DNA from: an uncultured Sulfolobales archaeon
GTDB lineage: Archaea > Thermoproteota > Thermoprotei_A > Sulfolobales > NBVN01
Assembly (NCBI GenBank): GCA_938045815.1
Contig: CALIBI010000007.1
Coordinates: 19,864-83,863, forward strand
DNA: 64,000 nt
Reading direction: 5' to 3'
A program made the translations under genes and the position numbers. A model generated the notes under the pieces. That model was not told where the DNA came from and did no database searches. It saw only the letters and a list, made by a program, of their open reading frames with translations. Shown here in pieces: positions 18,616 to 26,705 of the stretch (position 1 is the first letter of the stretch; the number at the start of each line of letters is the position of its first letter).

Positions 18616-18923
18616 GCATTACTAACAGAGACCTCTACTTCTGTATTGTGAGAGCCTTTTTATATGTTGCAGTAGTGATGAGGTGCGAAACACTTTACTT
18701 AAAAGAAATACTTGATCAGTAAATATGATGGGTGTAGTAAAATGAGTACTAGTCTTAAAGTGTGTTTCCTCATGTTTTTCTTGTTGGTTAAGTTAATCTC
18801 TTATTAGCTAGTACCTACTACGCTATCGCGCAACCAAGCACAATTAATTACTACCTGAATCCAGACGGGTCAGTACTAGTTGAGTTAACTTTCTTAAATG
18901 TTTCGCAGCAAACGATAGAAGTC

Positions 18924-19424
18924 TTGTTGGAGCAGGGTTTTGACGCGTCAACTCTTCACGCTGTAGACTCGCGGGGTGTGTTCCTACCAGTTGTTGTGGT
19001 AGGGGATAAAGCTCTCGTTAGTGTTATGAGTGATGTTGAGTGGGTTAAGCTCACGTACATAATTCCTGAGAACGCTGAAGTAAGTGATGACGTTGTTTTT
19101 AAGTTTGTGTTGAGACCTCAAGGAGATTGCACCATACACGTGCACAGTGATTTCCTACTACTGACTTTCACTGGTAGTCCAGCGATAGACTTAGTTGATG
19201 AGACTTTATTGTTGGAGTATAGAGGAGTTGATGTAGTGGAGATTACGGTCATACTTCTTCAACCAACTACACAGATTACTACTAGCACACAGACTACTAC
19301 CAGCTTACCTCCAAGTCAGCCCGGAATTGAAAGTAATCTTATGTTAGGTTCGGCAGTTATAGCAACAATTATTTTGGTCTCGGTTATAGCTCTCCTTTAC
19401 TTGAGGGGTAGGAAGCATAGTTAA
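18924..19424 (+). CDS. Thr-rich-stalk, C-terminally membrane-anchored surface protein; signal peptide separated by a frameshift (possible pseudogene)
   Basis: 166 aa from TTG 18924. The frame is open from 18792. An upstream ATG at 18742 encodes MSTSLKVCFLMFFLLVKLISY* in another frame. The C-terminus is TTSTQTTTSLPPSQPG + TM + RGRKHS. Confidence 0.55.
   Translation: MLEQGFDASTLHAVDSRGVFLPVVVVGDKALVSVMSDVEWVKLTYIIPENAEVSDDVVFKFVLRPQGDCTIHVHSDFLLLTFTGSPAIDLVDETLLLEYRGVDVVEITVILLQPTTQITTSTQTTTSLPPSQPGIESNLMLGSAVIATIILVSVIALLYLRGRKHS
19269..19304 (+). repeat. Imperfect 18-nt tandem duplication inside the Thr-rich stalk
   Basis: ACACAGATTACTACTAGC / ACACAGACTACTACCAGC (3 mismatches) encoding TQITTS/TQTTTS. 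Confidence 0.7.
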
Positions 19425-19485
19425 GGATTTTATTTGAGGAAATCATAATTCTAAACCTTCCTGTTCTTGATGGTAGGGTCCTGGG

Positions 19486-19911
19486 TCAGGAGGTCTTGAG
19501 TTTAGATCTCATGTTCAATCCCTCAAGAAAGAAGAGAGTAAAAGCTACCACACCAAGAATCAGCAATAACAACTTATCTGAGGTTACGGACCTACTAATG
19601 ATGATCATGTATGCTTGACTCAAGCTAACACCCAAGAAAAATAATGAGTATATCAAGAGTCTAGGTGTTAGTTTTCCTCCCAGAAAAACGTAGCCCTCTA
19701 AATGGATTATTTTGGCGGCTGTGTAGCCGTCCCCCCTCCTACTAATAATACCTAAATCTTCTAGCCTCTTAAGATGATAATACACACTACTTACAGGCAT
19801 GTCTAGCGCTCTAGCAATATCTCTAACTCCCTTAGGTTCTTTAGATTCCAGGAGATACACGTATATCTTAAGAGCAGCTCTACTTAAGTCTTCAGCTTGA
19901 GTCACCATCAA
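19486..19911 (-). CDS. Membrane-tethered winged-helix (ArsR/TrmB-like) transcription regulator
   Basis: 141 aa. wHTH segment GVRDIARALDMPVSSVYYHLKRLEDLGII followed by two TM helices. Confidence 0.6.
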   Translation of the reverse strand: MMVTQAEDLSRAALKIYVYLLESKEPKGVRDIARALDMPVSSVYYHLKRLEDLGIISRRGDGYTAAKIIHLEGYVFLGGKLTPRLLIYSLFFLGVSLSQAYMIIISRSVTSDKLLLLILGVVAFTLFFLEGLNMRSKLKTS

Positions 19912-19961
19912 CTACGCCACTAATACTGTTACGTGACTCTCACTAAAAAACAAAAAGAGTT

Positions 19962-19998
19962 TCTCTAGTGTTCTAGTATTCGAACAATACTGTTCTAG
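19962..19998. promoter_or_regulatory. Candidate operator in divergent promoter region
   Basis: TCTCTAG-t-GTTCTAG-TATTCGAACAATACT-GTTCTAG. GTTCTAG is repeated 22 bp apart around the AGTATT/AATACT inverted repeat. Confidence 0.3.
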
Positions 19999-20046
19999 GT
20001 ACAGAGTTATCTAAGATTAAATCAAGAGGTTTAGTGAGGTGATTCG

Positions 20047-22212
20047 ATGAAGCGTGAAGTCTTCATAACACTAGCTATTATGTCTCTAGTTGTTGGTGCG
20101 TCAATACCACTAATTATGAGTGGTATTCTTAAAGAAACTTACGGACCTGTGGGAACTAGTACTACACCGACGTACGGATTGAGTAGTCCTTATGGGGGAC
20201 AGCAAGTAAATATTTCTTTAACTAACTTAGGTGATTTGAGGAGGTTTAGTAGTTATGAGGAGCTAGCTCAGTATTTGAGGTCTTTAATGAGTCTCAATAC
20301 GTTGGTTAATCAGTTAGTTCATCAGCATAACTTACGGCTCACCGTACTTAAAGGGATTGCGGGGGAGGGTTACGTCACCACGCAACAGGAAATAATCACC
20401 TCAATCTCTAAAACTAACGTTCAGGTTGAGGGTATTGATGAGCCAGACATAGTGAAGAATAATGCTGAGTTAATAGTTGTTGCTTCAGACAGTAAGGTAT
20501 TCGTTGTGAGTGTTCAGAGAAAAACAGTCTTGAGTGTGCTTATTCTAGACGAGTACGTGAGAGGCTTATTCCTCCACGAAAACAAGCTAGTAGTTATTAC
20601 TGAAACATACGTTAGGTACCCGATAACGCCTGACTTAGAGTGTAGGTGTTTCGTAGTACCTCCCGGAACTCCCAACGTGAATACGTACGTTTACGACATC
20701 AGCAACGCTAGCAACCCAGTCTTACTAAGCAGGATTTCCGTGACTGGTAGTATGCTGAGTTCTAGACTTTCAGGGAATTACCTCTACGTAGTAACTAATA
20801 CGCTACTTAACGAGTCCATAATACCTCTAATTAATGAGGAACCCGCACCACTAGAAACTCTAGTAGTAGTGGATGTTGTTCCTAACTCATACACTCTGAT
20901 ACTGGCGTTGAGTCTTGATGAACTAAACTACACTACCTACACTTTCTTGACTGGTGGTGGTAGCTGGCTTTACATGTCCCTCAATAACCTCTACGTAGCT
21001 CGCGAAACTAGATTTGGTTTTCTTGACGCGTACGTACGCACACTAAAAACCTTCACTAACTACCTACCTAACGAAACAGCAAACAAAATAATTGAGTTGA
21101 TTCATAAGGGTTGGTTAGACGTAGCTCGCGAGAAAATTGAAGACTACCTCCTAAGAATGGATGAGGAGAGTCGTAGAGAGTTGCTTAGTAAGGTTATTAA
21201 TGAAGTTAATAAAGAACCTAAATATGACTCAACGACGTTTTACGTATTCTCTGTTGAGGGACTCACGATAAGTTTGAGAGGCTCCTTCAACGTCTCAGGA
21301 CATCTCCTCGATCAGTTTGCTATGGAGGAAGCAGGCAATTACTTCATAACTGCTACAACAGGAAGCAACTACTCAGTAGTAATTTTGTTTGAGCCTCTAA
21401 TCAAGACATACACTACCGTAAGTAAGGAGATAGAGACACACGAGATAGTTATTCAGGAATGCTCTGTTAGTGAGTGTGTGATGAAGAAAGTCCCAGTAGT
21501 GATTAACTTGAGTGTACCGCAAGCCCCCTACGAGTATACGAGACCCACACTAATAGTATACGTGTCCGTCGTTGGCGAGACTAGCAATAACGTATTCGTG
21601 ATTGACTTAACAAGTCTTCAGGTAGTAGGTTCCTTAATAGGTCTTGCTCGTGGGGAGAGAATATATTCAGCTAGACTAATAGGAAACATATTCTTCTTAG
21701 TTACTTTCAGGCAGGTGGATCCTTTATTCGCTATAGATGTCTCAGACCCGAGCAATCCTCACGTTCTAGGATTTCTCAAAATACCTGGTTTTAGTGAGTA
21801 CCTGCACCCATTACCTAAGAACACGTTGTTAGGTATAGGTGTTGAGGGACCTAACCTAAAAATATCGTTATTTAACGTTTCAGACCCGACCAACATGAGT
21901 GAAGTCTCGAAAGTTATGGTATACTCAGCGTGGTCTCAAGCTCTCCACGATTATCACGCAGTAACAGTATATTTAGAGAAAGAAATTGTCATGATTCCTC
22001 TCACGAGTTACGTAACGTATCACGTACCTAACGGAGCACTAGTAGTAAGCTACAGAAACAACACACTAAGAGTTGAGACAATACTTCCTCACGAGTACTG
22101 CTTACGGATAGCCTACGTAGGTAACGAACTCTTCACGATCTCACTAAACCTCATAAAGATATTCGATGCTAATACTTACGAGGAATTAGGTCAGATAATT
22201 CTTGAAAAATAA
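20047..22212 (+). CDS. Secreted beta-propeller domain protein (COG4880/Beta_propel family)
   Basis: 721 aa, N-terminal TM/signal. Block FRQVDPLFAIDVSDPSNPHVLGFLKIPGFSEYLHP. GAGGTGAT SD upstream. Confidence 0.65.
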   Translation: MKREVFITLAIMSLVVGASIPLIMSGILKETYGPVGTSTTPTYGLSSPYGGQQVNISLTNLGDLRRFSSYEELAQYLRSLMSLNTLVNQLVHQHNLRLTVLKGIAGEGYVTTQQEIITSISKTNVQVEGIDEPDIVKNNAELIVVASDSKVFVVSVQRKTVLSVLILDEYVRGLFLHENKLVVITETYVRYPITPDLECRCFVVPPGTPNVNTYVYDISNASNPVLLSRISVTGSMLSSRLSGNYLYVVTNTLLNESIIPLINEEPAPLETLVVVDVVPNSYTLILALSLDELNYTTYTFLTGGGSWLYMSLNNLYVARETRFGFLDAYVRTLKTFTNYLPNETANKIIELIHKGWLDVAREKIEDYLLRMDEESRRELLSKVINEVNKEPKYDSTTFYVFSVEGLTISLRGSFNVSGHLLDQFAMEEAGNYFITATTGSNYSVVILFEPLIKTYTTVSKEIETHEIVIQECSVSECVMKKVPVVINLSVPQAPYEYTRPTLIVYVSVVGETSNNVFVIDLTSLQVVGSLIGLARGERIYSARLIGNIFFLVTFRQVDPLFAIDVSDPSNPHVLGFLKIPGFSEYLHPLPKNTLLGIGVEGPNLKISLFNVSDPTNMSEVSKVMVYSAWSQALHDYHAVTVYLEKEIVMIPLTSYVTYHVPNGALVVSYRNNTLRVETILPHEYCLRIAYVGNELFTISLNLIKIFDANTYEELGQIILEK

Positions 22213-22241
22213 GTTATGTTTTTAATTTAAGGTATTTCTCT

Positions 22242-23996
22242 TCAAGGATAATTAGGTACTGCGGGAGGCAACTTACTCATTTTTGAGTAGATCCTACTTA
22301 GTATGAAGTGAACTATTATTAGTAGTATTATTCCGGCAGGTAGTAGTATTAGTGGGCTTGTCACTCCTAAAGCTAGGAGAGCGTAGAGTACCGCACCTAT
22401 AAGTCCTGCTGTCAACGCGTAAGGTAGTTGTGTTGAGACGTGATCTATATGGTCTGAAGCAGAGAACATTGATGACATTATGGTCGTGTCGCTTATTGGT
22501 GAGCAATGATCTCCGAAGATACTGCCTCCGAATACAGCTCCTATAGATGCGAAAGTAACTAAATACGCTATACCTATGTTATCCGGGTATTGAAGTAGAG
22601 CTAGTTGCCAAGCCATGGGTACGGCTATAGGCATCATGACACCAAAAGTCCCCCAGCTAGTGCCTGTATTGAACGATATGAACATTGAGACTAGATATAT
22701 TACTAACGGAACAAGAAATACTGAAAGCCCTGCTACTACTGCTCCGTGAATCACGTACTCAGCAGTACCTACAGCATCTGTTGCTGACTTGATGGACCAA
22801 GCATGAAGCAAGATAGTGTTGGGCAGAACCATTAAGTACATGCCCTTAATTGTGTGCTTCATTACATCCCTGAAACTCATTATCCGCCCTAACAATACCC
22901 AAGCAAATGTGACTAGGTATGTCGCCATACCTGCCCAGAAGAGTGCTTTAGCCGTGTCGGCATTCATTAAAGCGTCTGTGAATGGTGTTTCCCAAAATCT
23001 GCTGATTTCTTCAGCACCTGTGGCCCACATACCTAGTAGAGTGACAAGCACTAAAACTATCATGGCTATCGCGAATAACCATCCAGAGGCTTGCTTCCTA
23101 GACGTTGGCTCCGCACCCAAGATTTCCTCTGTAGGTAGTAGAGGGGTTGCGCCATCCCTGATTACTTTACCTTCCCTTACTGCTCTCCATTCTGCCTGAA
23201 GCATGGGTCCGTAGTGTCTTCTAGTAAGCACTACTACAAACACTAGTAGTATAGCTAGTATCGAGTAGAAGTGGTAAGGAACAGAGTTTAGCCACATCAG
23301 GTATGCTTCATACGCAGGTGCAGCACTTATTTCTCCTTTCCCAGCCAGTTCTCTTAAGGTATCTATTGATTCCTTTATTAGTCCTACCTCATACCCTATC
23401 CAAGATGAGACTAGTGCTATACCAGCTATTGGTGCAGCAGTAGAGTCTACTATGTAGCTTAGTAACTCTCTACTAACTCTGAGTTTATCTGTTACGGGCC
23501 TCATAGAATTACCTACTATGACTGTGTTACCGTAGTCGTCAAAGAATACCGCTACACCTAGGAGTGAAGCTCCGAAAGTAGCTCCCTTAGCACTCCTAAT
23601 TCTCCTAGATATAGACCTAGCAGCTGAGTGTACTGCTCCTGACGTGTAGAGTAGCCCCATGAATGCTCCTAAGATGAAATCATATAAGAGTATCGATGCG
23701 TTCCAAGAATCTGTCGCGTTCTCTATGTACCAATCAATTAATTGTGTCGTAGCCCCTACTGGATTATATCCAGCAATCATCAAAGCACCTATCCATACAC
23801 CAGCAAATAATGCAGGAACGATTTCTCCAGTAGCTATTGCTAAAGCTATTGCTAGTAATGGTGGTAGTAGCGGGAAAGTCACGTAAGGAAACCTCTTATC
23901 TTCAGGCATGAACTCTGCTTGAGGCGGCGTATAAGCTACTAAAGCTATCGCTATTATTACTAAAACTATAACTAACTTAATAATTTTTTTACTCAT
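22242..23996 (-). CDS. Na+/H+ antiporter, NhaC family
   Basis: 584 aa, polytopic. FFDDYGNTVIVGNSMRPVTDKLRVSRELLSYIVDSTAAP block. Confidence 0.7.
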   Translation of the reverse strand: MSKKIIKLVIVLVIIAIALVAYTPPQAEFMPEDKRFPYVTFPLLPPLLAIALAIATGEIVPALFAGVWIGALMIAGYNPVGATTQLIDWYIENATDSWNASILLYDFILGAFMGLLYTSGAVHSAARSISRRIRSAKGATFGASLLGVAVFFDDYGNTVIVGNSMRPVTDKLRVSRELLSYIVDSTAAPIAGIALVSSWIGYEVGLIKESIDTLRELAGKGEISAAPAYEAYLMWLNSVPYHFYSILAILLVFVVVLTRRHYGPMLQAEWRAVREGKVIRDGATPLLPTEEILGAEPTSRKQASGWLFAIAMIVLVLVTLLGMWATGAEEISRFWETPFTDALMNADTAKALFWAGMATYLVTFAWVLLGRIMSFRDVMKHTIKGMYLMVLPNTILLHAWSIKSATDAVGTAEYVIHGAVVAGLSVFLVPLVIYLVSMFISFNTGTSWGTFGVMMPIAVPMAWQLALLQYPDNIGIAYLVTFASIGAVFGGSIFGDHCSPISDTTIMSSMFSASDHIDHVSTQLPYALTAGLIGAVLYALLALGVTSPLILLPAGIILLIIVHFILSRIYSKMSKLPPAVPNYP

Positions 23997-24061
23997 TGCG
24001 TAACACCTGATTCTGCTTACATAATTATATATAAGGTGTGTTTAAAAAGTTTACGATTGGT

Positions 24062-24859
24062 CTATACTTCATAGATTGGGAGACTTAAGCACGTTACCCC
24101 GCCATCACATTTCTCGAACTCGGAAATATCTACCTCAATAACTCTGTAGCCTTCACTCCTCATCCTCTCAACTGTTTTAGGGTGTCCCTCAGGAATAAGC
24201 ACTTTATTATCACCCAAGTACAACATGTTTGCTGCGTAAGCCTCCTCCAGAACCACGCGGATGAGTCTGAAACCACTAAAGTATGAGGAATCAACGTACT
24301 CAGGCACTATAACTAAAGTTTTGTTGCCTACATAATTAACAGCTGAGAGTAAGTGAAATACCTTATCATTAGGTATCGGGACTACTTTTAAGTCTTTGAA
24401 GAAATTCCTTAAAAACTCAGCACCATTCGCGTTCGTCCTGCTAGTAATCCCAACAAATACGACGCCTTCACCAGTAACTAGGACATCCCCACCCTCTAGT
24501 GTGGCTGGTTCTACAACGTCTGTGATGACGAATCCCATCCTACTTAAGAACTCACGAATACTTGATTCCTCCCCTCTCCTACTAGGTGCTCCAAACCTAG
24601 AAATCAAAGCACGCTTAACAGGAGACCTCACAACAGCAGTATCTTGAATAAACACGGAGTCCGGGAAACCCTCAAGTTGCGGTAATTTGAAAACCTCAAT
24701 ACCTTCTTCTTGAAGAATCCTCACGTAATTCTCATGCTGCTTAAGTGCTAATCTATAATCTACGGTATCTCTCAACGGATGTGATGACACGCACTTCACG
24801 AGCTCCTTAACGGGAGGTCTCACCACGACAGAGTTATACAATCTACCCTTACTACTCAC
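24062..24859 (-). CDS. Amidinotransferase-fold enzyme, dimethylarginine dimethylaminohydrolase (DDAH)-like
   Basis: 265 aa, GTG start. C-terminal catalytic Cys context EFEKCDGGVTCLSLPI (compare DDAH ELEKVDGLLTCCSVLI). Confidence 0.7.
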   Translation of the reverse strand: MSSKGRLYNSVVVRPPVKELVKCVSSHPLRDTVDYRLALKQHENYVRILQEEGIEVFKLPQLEGFPDSVFIQDTAVVRSPVKRALISRFGAPSRRGEESSIREFLSRMGFVITDVVEPATLEGGDVLVTGEGVVFVGITSRTNANGAEFLRNFFKDLKVVPIPNDKVFHLLSAVNYVGNKTLVIVPEYVDSSYFSGFRLIRVVLEEAYAANMLYLGDNKVLIPEGHPKTVERMRSEGYRVIEVDISEFEKCDGGVTCLSLPIYEV

Positions 24860-25023
24860 GTTCTCGCCTCGAGAGCATACTTACCGAGAACTTTATAAAG
24901 ATGCGTAATCGAAAATCGTGACATGCTGATCCCTACCTTACTATTTTGGGTGCTTGTGGGAGAATTCGGTAGTGTACCTCCCAACGAAACCTGGTAGCTC
25001 GTATGGAGGCTATTGTTAAATAT

Positions 25024-25581
25024 CTACTTGATGTCTACGCTTATACTTCTTAACACGTTTCTTAATACGTGGTTGCAATCCTTAGGTAGTCCGGAATTAA
25101 CTATCTCTTCTATGGTGTTTCTAACGTTTAGTACTATTTCTCTCACATCCTCATAGCCTGCTTTGAGGTAGCGTATGCCTTGAAGATATGTTGCTACAGC
25201 GTCCGAAAGCCTTACTAGTTTTGCTTCGTTGGTAAAACCTTTATTTAGGTCTTCCAGCAAGTCCGCATACTTACTTAGGTTGAGTTGATTCATAGCTTCT
25301 AACTCTGCCTCAGCAAAAAGTTCGGGGGCTTTAGTCTTAACTAATCTCACGACATCCCCTATAACTGCTTCAGGTACGTCGTGCAGCAAGCTCATTTTCA
25401 GAACTTTCTCTACGTTAACTTCAAGACAACTACCTCTCAGCACGTCTGCTAAGTACATACTAACCATCATTACCTCGAAGGTATGACTAGCTACTGTTTC
25501 AGCGACAGAGTTTGGTATCCCTCTTATCACCCACCCACTCCTAACAACGTATTTTAGATTTGAGATTCTCTCTAGGTTCAT
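25024..25581 (-). CDS. HD-domain phosphohydrolase (YfbR-like 5'-nucleotidase type)
   Basis: 185 aa. H..(SHTFEV) ... LLHDVPEAVIGD HD motif. Confidence 0.7.
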   Translation of the reverse strand: MNLERISNLKYVVRSGWVIRGIPNSVAETVASHTFEVMMVSMYLADVLRGSCLEVNVEKVLKMSLLHDVPEAVIGDVVRLVKTKAPELFAEAELEAMNQLNLSKYADLLEDLNKGFTNEAKLVRLSDAVATYLQGIRYLKAGYEDVREIVLNVRNTIEEIVNSGLPKDCNHVLRNVLRSISVDIK

Positions 25582-25773
25582 TCACTCACCTATACAGAAT
25601 ACCTAGATATTAATTAAAGCTAAGCTCTTAAGCGAGAGGCATGAAGCACGAATGAAATAAGTATGGTTAGCGTGAGGTAGGTACGTGCCACGGCAAACAC
25701 TTCCTTAAGTGTTGTTGGTATTTCCTCACCTATAAGGATTCTGGCAGGACACGTAATCAAGTCTCTCAGGATT

Positions 25774-26500
25774 TTAGGAATTAAGATTATGAAGAGTGTG
25801 TTCCGCGTAACTAATACATGCATCACCTAATCTATTCCTTAACTCGATCTCCTCAACTAACGCAACACTCAGAACGACTTAACTACTATTAGCCAGAACA
25901 ACCCCGGTGCTGGTGGCGACCACCCCTACCTCCCTCAACCACGCTGGCCAGAGATAAGAAACCGTAACTCCATACTATGAATCTTAAGTACTGAGGATGT
26001 CTTGAAAACTCATACACACCTCTAGTACTTGGGGTCCTTCCCCGTATCCTATCGTATACCCAAGTCATCATACCTAGGAAAAAGATTGTTAGTCCAGCCA
26101 CCATGAACACGAAACATGCTGGAGCGAGAAATCACCACTTAATTCAGATACTACCAACTTAGCGATCCAAGTAACTACTGCGTTAATCATATGTATAGGA
26201 ACGTAAGTAATTGAACGAGCCTCACGAAGATTTCTGAATCCGTAAAAGAGAACCACAGTAGCCTCAAAACCCTACTCCTGCTAAGAAAACATCGTGAACG
26301 CGAAATACCCTAATTATTAATAAGTAAAGAAGTAGTGAACCAAATAAAGATGGCCTAATCTCGTTAAGCAGAAACCCAGTACCTATGATGATAAAAACTA
26401 TTACTAACCCACGTAGCCGAAGACTCTTAAACTTGACTCTAGCTCTTGACGCCTCGGAAATCCGTCAAGATAACGCAGTCAGTGACGAAGCCGAGCACTC
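25774..26500 (-). pseudogene. Multi-frameshift relic of an ICMT/PEMT-type membrane methyltransferase
   Basis: Own minus-strand translation gives fragments in different frames: SLRLRGLVIVFIIIGTGFLLNEIRPSLFGSLLLYLLIIRVFRVHDVFLAGVGF* ... MFMVAGLTIFFLGMMTWVYDRIRGRTPSTRGVYEFSRHPQYLRFIVWSYGFLSLASVV ... VVLSVALVEEIELRNRLGDACISYAEHT. These carry the G.Y..SRHP.Y and EE..L...FGD.Y..Y signatures. The 5' boundary is approximate. Confidence 0.6.
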
Positions 26501-26705
26501 AATCATTAACCATTTTTAACGATCTCTGTTGATTAGCATATTAGTGCTGATGAGAAAAACGCTGAGAAACCTATAGACACTAGTAGCCGTACCTATTCAA
26601 ATAACCACCAAAACCAAGACACGTAAACTAAAATAAAAGTGATGAGTACTCAGAACTCACATTTTTAACTATATTCCTCGTAAATATATATGAGAGGTGT
26701 CTTGA

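Noticed and set aside
18675-18740. GUGAUGA at 18675-18681 as the C box of an sRNA
   Set aside because: No CUGA follows at about 12 nt, and there is no D box or terminal stem downstream.
22294-24647. Track ORFs 22294-22506 (-), 22816-23199 (+), 23659-23886 (+) and 24396-24647 (+)
   Set aside because: Alternative-frame or antisense ORFs inside the NhaC and DDAH-like genes, with implausible composition.
24923-24997. 24-aa hydrophobic mini-ORF (MLIPTLLFWVLVGEFGSVPPNETW) in the DDAH/HD spacer
   Set aside because: No SD or TATA element at appropriate spacing, and no way to support it from sequence alone.
25620-26110. Track ORFs 25620-25826 and 25889-26110 (-) as separate genes
   Set aside because: 25889-26110 is one in-frame piece of the shattered ICMT/PEMT-type gene. 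25620-25826 is mostly an out-of-frame read of its tail.
26548-26645. Possible C/D box sRNA (UGAUGA at 26548 with CUGA 8 nt later; GUGAUGA at 26639)
   Set aside because: The spacer is too short (8 nt). There is no C'/D pair at proper spacing and no terminal stem.
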